DNA of 62,598 nucleotides, filler included, from Rhabdomonas costata (GCA_019059605.1; 39 parts of 39 records of this genome joined end to end with filler, not necessarily neighbours in it); one strand, 5' to 3'; positions 1-11,988 are shown, counted from the first letter of the whole stretch. The notes: generated by a model from the sequence alone, not told the origin. Numbers and translations are program-made.

Positions 1-128
1 GGTTTTTGTTGAAAGCCCATGTATCTCCTCATTTTGTGCGCTTTGATCGGGTTGTGCGCGTTGGTGATTTTCTGGACCGGTCTTCCTTTCAAGTTTCGAT
101 CACTTTTTCGAGGCTCCTCTGTCAGCAG

Positions 129-680
129 GCTCCACCCAGCAGCTACCCGCGCCCTGAGCTGCAATCTGCTACTTGCGGGTGAGCAACCCCCTCCGCCCTC
201 CAAGCGATGCGGCCACCGGCTCGCCGCAGCCCTTGTCTCTCAGCTAGTGGGGATTGGCTTGGATTTGGTGTTGCAGGTCTGCGGGCAGGGCCCGCCGGAG
301 TTTGCCCACGTCGCAGCAGTTGGCATCTCCGCGGCCCTGGCCGCGGTACACACCGTTGCGCTTTTGTGGTGGGTGGCTCATCCGCAGGGCTTCCCTTTCG
401 GGTCGCTGGGCTGCGCGGCATTGCTTCTGGTGTGGCCCGTGGGGATGGCAGTGGCTCTACCTCGCCGTGGGGAGGCCATTGTAGGCGTTTTGGGGTGGGG
501 TCTGCTGGGGACCCTACTCGGGCTGCAGCAGCCCCAGGCATGGGAGGCATCGGGGCCAGAGAAGGCAGCGCGGCGGTGGCAGTGCCTCGGCTTGGGTGTG
601 GGGTACCTTTGCGTGGTGGGTGGAGCCAGCGCGTGGGTGACGGGGTGGCAACGTCCGAGCCTTTGGGATTCCCTGTCCTG
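129..680 (+). CDS. Fragment of a multi-pass membrane protein (exons ~129-178 and 230-680)
   Basis: Several hydrophobic segments (AALAAVHTVALLWWV, AALLLVWPVGMAVAL, LGLGVGYLCVVGG). GTGAG donor at 179, CAG acceptor ending at 229 (in-frame 51-nt intron), GT donor at 681. Family not recognised. Confidence 0.55.
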
Positions 681-902
681 GTGTGTCTTCTTTTCCGCTA
701 GTTGTTCACACCAGCAGCGCCCTGACCAGCCAGAGAAGGGTCGAAAGATGGCTTGGGGACTTGAAAGCCGCAGCCGAAAGGTGCAAGACGAGCACGTGTG
801 CCCCAGGAGTGCGATGCTGGCACGGGATAGCATGCAATTTCCGGTGTACGTTTGTGCATCCGAGGGAGAAGTACCTAGAACGAACCCGCGTAGAGACGCC
901 CC

Positions 903-1462
903 CATTGCTCAGAGGTACAAGCCGACCATCGAGCATCGCAATTGCAAGAAATCAGAGCCCTTATGCTACCACCAACGGGAATCGACAGTACTCGCAGACG
1001 CTCCAGGGCAAGGTACAGGAGGTACAGGACGTTCAGCGGAAGAGGACCCGCAACGCAATTATAGAGTGATCTGCTGGCACGGCAACTCCTGTAGATATTG
1101 GTGCTGCACGTTCACCCATCCGAAAGAAAAGCTCCAAAGAGTCGTTCCCACGAGAAAAGGCCCCAGCACCCTAAGGAAGGAGTGTGGAGTCGCAGACACT
1201 GGAGCAGCAATGGAGCAATGCAGGTAGCCGCTGGAAAAGAGCAGCTGCGCGACAATGGCCCGGGACCCGTGGGGCAGAAGGGAGGTTACCATATGTTGTG
1301 GAACGTTTTGCGGTGAGCCGGTTCCGGTTCCCCACGGCACCGTTCGCTCCAACGGCACCTCTCGCGAGCACCTGTGGTCAACAGCGCGAGCTCCCGTCAG
1401 TCCAGAGTGGTCACCAATCAAGCAACCAGTCAACCAGGCAACAGCCAGCGCGCAATGCGCCC

Positions 1463-1493
<31 letters not shown>
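903..1493 (+). mobile_element. Interspersed repeat, copy 1, with a CCCH zinc-finger motif and a (CA)n tail
   Basis: Aligns by eye over >500 nt with 32203-32720 on another contig (e.g. GCCGCTGGAAAAGAGCAGCTGCG, GGGCAGAAGGGAGGTTACCATATG, GCGGTGAGCCGGTTCCGGTTCCCCACGGCAC). Ends in (CA)n at 1464-1493. Confidence 0.75.
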
Positions 1494-1495
<2 letters not shown>

Positions 1496-1512
1496 AGAAG
1501 CAATCAATTCTA

Positions 1513-1612
1513 NNNNNNNNNNNNNNNNNNNNNNNNNNNNNNNNNNNNNNNNNNNNTTAATTAATTAANNNNNNNNNNNNNNNNNNNNNNNNNNNNNNNN
1601 NNNNNNNNNNNN
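1513..1612. other. Artificial contig spacer (N44-TTAATTAATTAA-N44), first of 38
   Basis: The same 100-nt spacer recurs about every 1.6 kb (starts 1513, 3121, 4729, 6335, 7943 ... 59387, 60993). TTAATTAATTAA gives stops in all six frames. The intervening contigs are all about 1503-1523 nt, as expected for length-sorted concatenation. Confidence 0.98.
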
Positions 1613-1820
1613 ATTGGCATCTCGTTTTGTAGTTTTGGGAGCGTGACGTTCAAAGGAGTTGTGGAGCAAAATGAGTTGGATTGAGTTCAAAAGTTCCCAA
1701 ACTAAGAGAACAACAGTCGAAAGAGGAAACCGAGAAAAAGGTCACTTATTGGTGCAACAGGGGATGACAAAGTTTATTCGTGTTTAAAGGAAGCCACTTG
1801 GAAGGAAGGCAGCACACAAC

Positions 1821-2869
1821 CTTGAGGAGTTCTCCATCTCTGCAGTTGTCGGCCCCAAGGCTGAAGATGGTGCGGGTGCAGGCACAGGTGCTGCACTTGG
1901 TACGGGCACGGGAACGAGCGCTAATGCCCCTGGCTGCACTGGAGCAGCTATTGGGGCTGAAGTAGGCCGGGGAGGGGGAGAGGGTGTTGACGCAGCCGCG
2001 GGTGCAGGCAAAGCAGGTGGCACCTCAAATACAGGACCTGCTGTGGCGGGTGCAGAATCCCGGTTGGGGGCAACTGCAAGTACAGGTGTAGGTGCAGGTG
2101 CAGCTGGAGGGGCCTGCACGGGCAGCACTTCCATGCTGGCTGACCCAAGGGCGGGAGCGCTGACAATGGGCGAAGGCTCAACGACAGGCGGAGAGTCTTG
2201 GGGGGCAGCCGTGGTCGGTTGAGATTCCGTGGAAGGCGGTGCCGGTGCGGCAACCGGGGTTTGAGGAGGTGCGGCCTCCGCTGGTTGGTTGGGGGTTGCA
2301 GGGGTTGAGGGTGCCACTTGCTCCTCTGGCCGAGGAGCAACTCTGAGCGTCGTTTTGAAGTTGTCATACTGAGAAAACGTGGGCAATATGTGGTGAGAAA
2401 GGGAAATCTGGAAATTGCAATCCCTTCTTTGCATCCCCTTATGCTTTGTTCCACACAAACCTCTTCCACTTGTATCAAGCACCAGTTTTCCCACGTCCCG
2501 CCTAAACAACGCCCGCCCTGGCGTTGCTTTCAGTGTTTCTGGCCGAAAATTCCCTCCAGTCTCTGTGATCTCAGACTGAATTTATGACAGAAAAATAAGG
2601 CGACTGTCAGCAAAAAGGGGGTTCAGATGAAATTGGGCTCACATGTCAGTTGCCCTCCTCAGCATTAAAAACTTGAGAGATTTTTGGATAGGGATGTCAA
2701 GATACACGCACCGCTTCTGCTCCAGGTGCGGTGTCCTTCGACGGACGGAAATAGACAATATCAACGCTCCGGCCTATGATGCCGTGCGCGGCGAATGCCT
2801 TGCCAAAGGCCTCAATGCTGGGGGTGGCTAATCCTCCAAAAGAGACGGGAATGTCTCCCAGCGCCAGCC
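1821..2869 (-). CDS. PDZ-like domain followed by a Pro/Ala-rich region (exons 2869-2712 and 2368-1821)
   Basis: Spliced reading GLALGDIPVSFGGLATPSIEAFGKAFAAHGIIGRSVDIVYFRP...|YDNFKTTLRVAPRPEEQVAPSTPA... fits the C-terminal half of a PDZ domain (GLxxGD...V.I...R). GT-AG boundaries are phase-compatible. Confidence 0.65.
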
Positions 2870-3227
2870 CTGTGAAACGGAAATGAAACTTAACCCCAAA
2901 GAAAAGACACCGAAAACAGTATGGACTGAACCCGAAAAGGGCCAGAAGAGGAAGAAGAAGAAGGGGCGCCTTCAGGCCCCCAAGCTCCGGAGCTCGACGA
3001 CGCGAAGAGCAAGAACAACGAAACCATCAGCCAGCACCCATCCACGACGCCATCCACATCCATGGGGTGGGTCATTGTGCTCGTGCTCGTGCCGGTGCTG
3101 GTCGTCGTGCTCCTCCGGGGNNNNNNNNNNNNNNNNNNNNNNNNNNNNNNNNNNNNNNNNNNNNTTAATTAATTAANNNNNNNNNNNNNNNNNNNNNNNN
3201 NNNNNNNNNNNNNNNNNNNNGTTTGAT

Positions 3228-3316
3228 GTGTATTTTCAACTTTCCTGGACATGAACATGTTCTCAGGTTGCAGCAACCTGAGAACATGTTCATGTCCAGG
3301 AAAGTTGAAAATACAC
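3228..3316. repeat. Perfect palindrome, 44-bp arms with a 1-nt spacer, at a contig start
   Basis: GTGTATTTTCAACTTTCCTGGACATGAACATGTTCTCAGGTTGC, then A, then the exact reverse complement. Confidence 0.95.
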
Positions 3317-4047
3317 TGCTTAATCCAACCGCACCCAGCAGTTAAGGGTATCAAATAAATCACCAGCAACGGAGTGACTCTGCTTCACCCTTGGCGCTTA
3401 GCAGAGTGCCATTCAACCAACACTCGTTGTGCAGAATGGCCGCTGCGGCCCACAGCTATTTCGCGGTGGTGGAGGGAGATTAGCCCACCATGGCAGCAAG
3501 CCTGTTCCAGATCGCGGCCACTTGAACTGAGACCTTCGCATGGGCATCAAAGCTGCGACAAACAGAGCAACGTGCCACAATGAGGATAGCTTGGTTGATT
3601 TTGACGGATTGCTTCATGGAAGGAAGGCACGCGCAGGGAATTCCTGCAGGAGCATTCCTTCCTTCGCACAAACTTGGAGCGCAGGTGCGGGAAGCGGAGC
3701 ATACGCGTTAAGTGGGTGTGCCTGTATCCGTGAGTGTGTCCGTAGACAAGGGGATGGATTTCTGGAGCCTGTTGATAATAAGCCATAGCAGGACTTGCAC
3801 TGCCTCACTCGCGGTCGCAGTCATCGTATTGAGCGACGTCCCTCTCAAAGAGAAACACTTTTGTCGGGGCGAAACGAGACCTCCAACCTTATTGATTTCG
3901 GGACAAAAATTACTCGCCAACGGTTACTCCAGTGCAAACTGCGGCGCAAATTGGTTCAAATTCCACTTCTCCGCTGGTTTAAATCGAGGAAGGAGAAAGC
4001 GTGAGTGGGGACATACAACCACGCGGGGCAGTCAAACCAATGCTTAC

Positions 4048-4492
4048 CCTTCAGAAAGGTGCTGTACACGTACATGTGACCAACCGTGCACCCTGCAAGG
4101 CAGCGGAAGGAAAATACGTCCTCGGTGACTATCGTCTGAGCAGAAAACGCTAAAAGCAAAAAAAAAACCCCTTCAGATGTGTGTAACGTCGTCAAGAAGA
4201 TCGGGCATGGTTTAACGAGCAACCTTGGCTTCCGACCGCATTTCAGAAACTGAACGCTGGAATAAAAGGGAAGCTCTATATCTAGCGCTCCAGTGATTTC
4301 CAATTTTATGCCACCAGTGGATCCACATGTCAAATAAAAAAAGGTACACCGCACACCAAAAATTGCCACAACGAAACAAATGTGTCCATCTTCAACGAGA
4401 CAAACCAATAAAATCGCACAGCACTGGGGCCCCCAGGAGCATGTGGAAGACCAGGAGAACCCACGGGAAGTGCAGCGCGCGAATCTGCATTC
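4048..4492 (-). CDS. DERL: Derlin (Der1-like ERAD membrane protein), exons 4492-4406 and 4092-4048
   Basis: Spliced GMQIRALHFPWVLLVFHMLLGAPVLCDFI-G-CTVGHMYVYSTFLK matches the Derlin pattern A.YLPWVLL.F..LLG....DL.GI.VGH.Y.FL. GT-AG sites are in phase. Confidence 0.85.
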
Positions 4493-4828
4493 CTGCACGT
4501 CGGAGACCACCAAAAACGGAACACCGAAGTCCAAGGATGGTTTTGTTTACTAATGAATGAACTAGGGCCTTCTTGCTGGTTTTTGTGGCCGAACTGTGAC
4601 TGTGGTTACAAAACCCTAGCAATGATAATTGAGAATAAGATGGGAGGGTGGCACTCTAGTAACTCTGGCAGGGTGTCCCAAATTGGAATGACTGCTGAAA
4701 CAGTAATTTTTTCACAGCCAGACTCGCTNNNNNNNNNNNNNNNNNNNNNNNNNNNNNNNNNNNNNNNNNNNNTTAATTAATTAANNNNNNNNNNNNNNNN
4801 NNNNNNNNNNNNNNNNNNNNNNNNNNNN

Positions 4829-4911
4829 GAAATTTTTTCCTGCCGCATGTGACACTTTTGGTACATTGTCGATATGTACCAAAAGTGTCACATGCGGCAG
4901 GAAAAAATTTC
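4829..4911. repeat. Perfect inverted repeat, 38-bp arms with a 7-nt loop, starting at the first base of the contig
   Basis: 4829-4866 is the exact reverse complement of 4874-4911; the loop is TGTCGAT. Confidence 0.95.
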
Positions 4912-5354
4912 CTTGAACCAACAGTGTTTTCTAATCAGACTAAGACTCTCCCTCCCACCCCTCTCCCCTTAGACTGAACACAAAGGTTATCCGGGCTATC
5001 AAAAATTCTGTCCTATTGAGGCAAGGGTTCCTTTAAAAACGAGCCTCATCCCGCCTATACTGCAGCAGATCCCGATGCATTTCTTTCGAGAAGGCCGACA
5101 CGGCTACATCGTCAACGACAAAGTAGCAGTAGGCCCGCAGCGACAGAAGAAAGAACGAAGCAACAAGATAGCGGGAAACACCGCCCCTGGCCCCTCTCAC
5201 CGCATCGTACACCTAAGACCATAAAACGGTGCCACACGAAGCGCACCACGAGTTCTATTTGTGAAACGAACAAAATGAAATGGTAAACCCGTATGAACCA
5301 TCAAGCGCCGTGAGAGAAGGCGGATGATGGGCAGCAGAAAGGCAAGGCAGGCGC

Positions 5355-6334
5355 CTAGTCGATGCGGATCCCCCCGGTGCCCCCATTGGAAGGGACTGGG
5401 GTGAGCCTAACACCAGGCCGCAAAAATCCCTCAAAGGGGTTTTGCGATCCCTCGCCTCCAAACAGCCGAGGGAACATCGGGCCCCCAAGCAGCCCTCCTC
5501 GAAAGATCTGATCAAACTGCTTCATGTGCTCATCCATGATCCGCGCAACCTCGCTGAAGCCATCCCTGGAGGGGTGAGGAACCTTCCAATGGAATGTTAT
5601 GTTTAGAGAGGTAGCCACTGTCAGAGCAGTTTCCAACTGGTTCTCGGTTTGCTTTCATTGAAATAAGGGACTTCTGTTTGTTCTTTGTTACAGGTGGTGA
5701 ATCCCCTCCGGGTCTTTTGTTTCTGTTGCCACCTAGTGTGAGCGAGCCGGTAGCCAGAAAAGAGAGAGAGAGAGGCTGTGAAACTGGAGCGAAGTTTGCA
5801 CAGAAACAAAGCATGCGCAGCCCAGCGACGGGGGGTGGGGCACAGCAAAAGCCCCTCCCTGGAGAACAAAAGGATTGTAACCAGCTACCCATGCAATTTG
5901 TGACCCTAGTTGACCGGAATCGTCACACCACATTGAAAGGCCAAGTTTGCATCCTGGGGGAGGGAAATAAGGAGGGAGAGGGTCCGTAGCCACGAAAGAA
6001 TGAAAGATTCTGGTGGATGGAAGGGCAAAAAGTATATGGTACCAGAGAAAAGCATTCCCGAGTGAAGTCAGAATGAGCAGACGGTCTTTCCTTCCAAAGA
6101 CTGGAAAGTGACGGTTTTCTTGGGCACGAGGATATTAGAAAGTTTTGAAAGTACGAGGAGAATTGTGTGCCGACCAAACAGCGGGTGTTAAGCACATCAT
6201 ACGAGTCATCAGGAGCGCCGTTCCCGAAGGTGATGACCTTACCGTCAGGCCCCACCGAGGTGCCCCAGCTGCGGCTGTAGAAGTAGCCCTTGTTTCCACG
6301 GCCATCGTCGAACTCCATCTTCTTCACACCCCCA
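5355..6334 (-). CDS. C-terminal part of a hypothetical protein (exons 6334-6203 and 5565-5355)
   Basis: KKMEFDDGRGNKGYFYSRSWGTSVGPDGKVITFGNGAPDD-S-DGFSEVARIMDEHMKQFDQIFRGG...GIRID*. The GTATGA donor and CAG acceptor are phase-compatible. Confidence 0.6.
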
Positions 6335-7060
6335 NNNNNNNNNNNNNNNNNNNNNNNNNNNNNNNNNNNNNNNNNNNNTTAATTAATTAANNNNNNNNNN
6401 NNNNNNNNNNNNNNNNNNNNNNNNNNNNNNNNNNTCCTTTGCCATGGCGATCCATTTTGGTGAATCTTTCTCTCTCTCTCTCTCTCTTTTTTTTTTTAGC
6501 AATGAGAGGTTTTTAGTCAAGACAACAGTGCGTGCGAGAAACCAACTCACCCCAACCAAAACTCTAACAAACCAAAACTATAACTGAGGGAATCTATACT
6601 CATCCTCGTTCGCCTCCATCTATATTTGTAAAACAATAAAATAATTGCTCCCCGTTTCAAGGTGCGCAGCAGCCTCACCAAACGTTTGCTATCTTCTGTC
6701 ACCTCTCATATCTCCCCTTTATCAGCATTTATTCTGGCTCGGCGAGCAGAACATCCTCAGGTTTCCTATCAGCGAACTCCAGCCGCAACGAGCCAAGGTG
6801 AAGTCACCAATCGAAGGCTAGCTCAACGAAGTGAACCGCAATTTGAGTTCTTGATGAACTACCTTACAACCACCGAACACTGCAACAATCGAGAGGGGCA
6901 AGGAGCACCTTCATCAAAGGTGGCTCAGTTATATCAGAAGGCCAATGATGATTCCATTATAAAGCCATTATTTACTTGTCTATTACAACATTCCCACCTG
7001 GTGAAGCAGCTCGCAACGAAAATGCCACGGACGTCACCTTACCCCCACCCCCCTCGAGAC

Positions 7061-7660
7061 CAGTCTTTCCCGGCAGCAGCGGGGCCATCAGCAGCAGCTC
7101 CCCAAAGATGCACCCCACGGCCCACATGTCCACCCCAACGGTGTACCTGAACGGCAGACAGTGTGCAAGAATGCTGTAGCTCAAAGGCACCGCTCGACTA
7201 CCGACTACTAACAGAAACAGTCCAATTCCGCTGGTACATCGCAAACCAGGCACTCCAAAAGCCAGTACCCCCATCCACTTTTCCTTTCAGCACCGCGACA
7301 CACCCATATTTGTGTTTAGCAGCATCGCTTCTATCTTCTATAATGGGGTCTCCATTTAAAATGGGAGGAAACAGTTCCCACTTAGCATTCATTATTCCAT
7401 TAATCACCGCACGACCGAACTCACTGCACTGAAACTTCAATGTCAAATTGCCGCCCCGATTGCCAGCCCAAACCATGCCCACACATACAAAAGAGAGCAG
7501 GCTCCCACGTCCCCCGGAAACTGCAATGCTGAGGAATAGGGGGAGCGTACTTGGACTCTCCCAGGAGAAGCTCCGGGGGGCGGTACCACAGCGTCAGCAC
7601 CTTCGGAGTGTATGCCCGCGGGGGGTTCCCAAACTGCCGGGCAAGCCCAAAGTCACAAAC
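7061..7660 (-). CDS. Cyclin-dependent kinase, CDK10/CDK11-like (exons 7660-7551 and 7146-7061)
   Basis: Spliced [65 protein letters not shown] contains the DFG motif, activation loop, WYRxPE and DMW motifs of CDKs. Confidence 0.92.
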
Positions 7661-8527
7661 CTGAGCACCCCCCCACGAAAGAGAGAAAGTGCTGCTTCGG
7701 CAGGGTGAACATCACTTTGAGTCTTGATGCAACCAGGTTGTGAGTTACACCCAATAGAGACTTGGTCCCGTCTATCCCTGGCACACGAAAACACCGCTCA
7801 CTCATAATATAGAACCCTCACCCATTTCAAAGGCAGCGCGTTTTTCTCCACGGCGTGCGAGGCTTGTTGGTTGAGCAGCAAAGACGACCAAAGAAGACCA
7901 CGCTCCGACCATGAGTCAAGCCACTCATAACTGTTCTGATAANNNNNNNNNNNNNNNNNNNNNNNNNNNNNNNNNNNNNNNNNNNNTTAATTAATTAANN
8001 NNNNNNNNNNNNNNNNNNNNNNNNNNNNNNNNNNNNNNNNNNTTGTTTTTTTTTTTTCGCCCTATGTTTTGACAATTTCGATGGAGTTCCTACTGTATAC
8101 TGGACTGTCAGAACACAGTCCAATCTCGAGCGATTTATTATGCATATTGTTCCAAATAACTCTCTACCCATTGCGCTTTGACTTCGCTTGGGATTGGGGT
8201 GGGCCACGGATTGCTGGCGCACGGGAAATTTCAGTCGCCCCGATGGAGACCAAGAACACACGCATACACAGAGTCCGCTCAGCATGGACCCATCCCGAAC
8301 CCATGCCGGTTGCGTGTAATGGGCAGCGTTGACCCGGTGTGGAATATTTCTGCTCAAGGAAGGGGTAAGGAGGAAAGGGAAAGGTGGGTGAATTTGCTGT
8401 CTTCTTGGCATTTGTGCCCAAAGATAACCCAAAGATCACGCATGGGCAGCGCTTGTGTTCCGGTCAGGTGTGTGTGTGTGTGTGTGTGCGATTATGCTCT
8501 CTGTCTTAGTCTTCGAGCAATCCACAG

Positions 8528-9215
8528 TCAACTTTGTTGCATGGAAAAGGGTGGCTGCGATTCCGGCCGCTGTCGATGAGCGATGTGGAGGCCACCCTAA
8601 AGACGGTGATCCGGAATGACAAGGTGCACCCCATTGCCGACATGCAGGCCCTTGCGCGACGGTCTGGGGGGTCTGCCTTTCTCCATTGGTCAGCTAGTGG
8701 TCATGCACCGGACGGGCTGGATAAATTGGTCTTTCATTAATTTGTAATGTCGCGGGCTGTCTTTTGAATGGAGTTGGGCCACGCCCCCTGTCATTTTCTT
8801 GCTCTGTATTTTAGGGCTCCTGCTTCTTTTCTATTAGTTTTGTTTTGGGGGGGGGGGACTTCGCACGCCAATTTCCATCGGTGTCGGTAGCTCCCTCGAT
8901 TTGCTTTCGCTGTGCAATGTGCTCTCCATTCATCTGTGACAGCTTAGACGGTAGCATTCGTCCTCCCTCTCCGTGTGCATCAGTTGAGGTTCTTTTCAAG
9001 AAATCGGTGGTCTTGTTGCAAAGATCATCCTCGGAGCTGACCTGCGGTCTGTTGTTTGCATGAATGACCTTCCGTTGCACCGGTTTTCCGATGGGACTTT
9101 ATTGCGGGGTGCATTTGGTATGCTTTGGTGTGGGCTCAGGCTTCCCCCTGCTCCCAGCAGAAGGTGCTTTGGGCTATTTCACCCACTGGCGGACGAGCCG
9201 CTGGTCTTTGTTGAG
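8528..9215 (+). CDS. MLYCD: Malonyl-CoA decarboxylase (exons 8528-8661 and 9140-9215)
   Basis: Spliced GWLRFRPLSMSDVEATLKTVIRNDKVHPIADMQALAR-R-LPPAPSRRCFGLFHPLADEPLVFVE matches the MCD core ...IIRYEAVH.I....L.RRL...RRCF.FFHP..EPL.FVEV. Confidence 0.85.
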
Positions 9216-10285
9216 GTACTTTTTTCCAGTTGGGTTGGGCGTTCTCATGCGCAGTGCCCCCTGTGGTCCCCTGACCTGCATTTTCTTCCAGCACATGGCC
9301 TCGCACCGATGTCATGTAGTAACATGCGCGTCTCAGTATCGTCGTCAACCCCTTGAGGTCTTTTTGCTCATCTCAGAAGGCAACGCGGTCATGATCGCAT
9401 GATCATGCAAATGCAAATGAAGAGGGGATCACTGGAGATCGCTGTTTTCAATGGTGCCCAGAGTACCCTGTTTATTTCCGTCAGTTCTGAGTGGTGACAT
9501 CAGGAAACGAGATTTGTGTACCCCAGTGCTGATCTGCTCCACACACCACANNNNNNNNNNNNNNNNNNNNNNNNNNNNNNNNNNNNNNNNNNNNTTAATT
9601 AATTAANNNNNNNNNNNNNNNNNNNNNNNNNNNNNNNNNNNNNNNNNNNNGTGGTGGGTGTGGTTGGGTGTGGGGGGTGGAGAAGTGATGACTTGATCAC
9701 GGAATGGCAATCAACAGCGGACACGCAGGGAGAGGTCTCCTCGACAATACCAAGAGGACCTGCTACATCTGCGCTGCCTGCGGCCAGCTGGGGCAGCCGA
9801 AAAAAAACGCCATCTTAAAAATTATGCGAAGCAGCCCTAGATACGGATTCCTTTCCTGGAGCTTCACGCTTGCAGACACCCCAGGTACCACACACCCCAT
9901 CCAGAAACCAACTTCCTTGCCACGGCGACTTCATCCAAACTCTGCTATCTGCTTCCGCGAAATCGGGACTAAGCATAGAGAAGGAAAAGAAAGGGCCACA
10001 AAGAAGAAGTTTCCTAAAAGGGGATCTAGAAATAGCAGGACTCCGTTTGACCCTGGAAGAAAGGCAAGACCAGTGAAAAGGTGGGAATCTCTGCACCACA
10101 ATAAGTTAAGCAGATTTACCTGCGGCACCCGAAAACCGAATTGCCTGATACGAGCCATTTCACTTCACAAAGAAAATACCTATACACCAAGGCGCCTTCT
10201 GGCCATTTCTGGGTCCCCTTTGGATGCAGCTCCCCAACCCCTCGTTCTACCAGGTGGAGTGTGGGGTGAGAGGGGGTGCAACACA

Positions 10286-10523
10286 CTATCGGAAATCCTC
10301 CAGCAGCCTCCGGATTCGGATGAGACAGATCTCGCGGTCGGAGTAGATCCCCTCGGGCAGAACCGCGCTGCGAGGGATGTCAGCGGGTATTCTGTGCTCG
10401 GTGGAGGCGTTGGGGCACAGCCGGGCGGCCCACCGAAGCACCTCCTCCTCAGTAACCGGGCCGGTTTTCTTGGGCTCCGCGCTGGGCAGAATGCGCCGGA
10501 AGATCATCGCCTGCACCCCAGAG
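10286..10523 (-). CDS. Probable terminal exon of a hypothetical protein
   Basis: GC-rich open frame MIFRRILPSAEPKKTGPVTEEEVLRWAARLCPN...RRLLEDFR* after a CTAACAG acceptor. No family recognised. Confidence 0.4.
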
Positions 10524-11359
10524 CTGTTAGGAGCGGAAGTGAGAGAGAACCCACAAATTGCAGAACAGAAAACAGCACAGAAATTGCTTTTTGTTTTGGC
10601 TACACGAGGATAAAAGTGCTGGTGATTCAGCACCTTTTGCGACTATTTCTTCCGAACCTTTCACGGAAATAAAGCTCCAGCGCCACCTCCGGTGCCACAA
10701 GCCTGAATCAATCTGACTGAAAGATTGAAAAAAAAGGACTTCTCGTGGTAGACATCAGACATTAGAAAAAGCACAGAGAAATTCCACCGCGGCAAAGAGC
10801 TGCGGAGGAAGTCTGGAACAAGGGCCCAACGCCGGGTTTGAATTTAGCCAATTCGTTTTTCAATGTTTCTCGCATAGTCCAATGCGTGTGAAAAAACGCT
10901 TTCTTTTGTTTTCTTTTGGGTGGTTGGAAAGGGGGGCGGGGCCGGAAACGCTCAGCACCAGGTCGCAGACTGTGCATTTTTGGACGATTAGGATAGAATC
11001 TGTCGCGAGGCTGCAAAGTGGGGGACTGCATGGTGTTGCGATGCCACGTTTAGCGGTGCTACTAAATGATAAGAGGTGCGAGTAAAAGCATTCCTCATGC
11101 CTGTATCTGTAACTGTATCAATGCCCTCCTTCCCATTTACCCCAAAAGAAAACAAAAANNNNNNNNNNNNNNNNNNNNNNNNNNNNNNNNNNNNNNNNNN
11201 NNTTAATTAATTAANNNNNNNNNNNNNNNNNNNNNNNNNNNNNNNNNNNNNNNNNNNNGTGTGGGTGTGTTTGGGGTTGTGGGGTCTGTGCTGGGCCTCT
11301 AGTCATTTAATAGTGAGACTTTATTGTCATGTTCGCATTAGTGAGTTGAAATGTCATAC

Positions 11360-11988
11360 TTGCCAGGATCCCGGGCTTCCCATCGTGGACGTGAGCGATG
11401 CCTTGCACTGCTGCTGCCACGGTTGTGCGCTGTGCTTAGGTTCTGCAAAGACGATGAGCTGTTGATCGGCTTCGTTGAAAACCACGTCCACCATGTTGCA
11501 GGTCTCACTGGTGAACTTGTACAGAGGGCGGTTAATCCTTAGTGTGCATGCATGGGACTGTCCTTGCGAGACACAAACCATAAATCATCAACGAATCGAC
11601 AGAAGCAAGCCGAAATCACATAGTATGGGTAATCCCGTGAGATGGTGACAAGAGGGTTCCTCTATTGATACGGAAAATAAAGGAAACAACAAAGCAGGGA
11701 GACGCTAAGAAATTCCGAAAAAGGCAACGCAGAACAAAAGGATCTCGCCAATGATCCCCCCCAAAGAGTGATGGTGGGGTGAGCACTGACCATGGGTTCC
11801 AAAGCAGGATGTCCCGGTCCGCCCCGCAGCTGGCCAGCACCTTGAGGCTGGAGTTCCATGCAAAGCTGAAGATGGGCTTCTGGTGGTGGTCTCGGTCCCC
11901 GGGATCCGATGCCGCGAAGACCCGCAGAGGATGCTGGCTGTCCAGCACGCTAAGCTTGATGGCGCGGTCCCAGCTCACGGTCAGGAAC
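11360..11988 (-). CDS. WD40-repeat protein (exons 11988-11791 and 11537-~11360)
   Basis: FLTVSWDRAIKL...HHQKPIFSFAWNSSLKVLASCGADRDILLWNP-W-INRPLYKF shows consecutive WD40 repeats across an in-phase GT-AG intron. The 3' end of exon 2 is uncertain. Confidence 0.85.

Noticed and set aside
19..1227. 402-aa ORF as a single protein
   Set aside because: It is a chance read-through of exons, introns and the repeat element; splice sites at 179/229 and 681 delimit the coding parts.
9704..10672. 322-aa plus-strand ORF
   Set aside because: No recognisable domain; it largely overlaps a more coding-like minus-strand exon and intron-like sequence.
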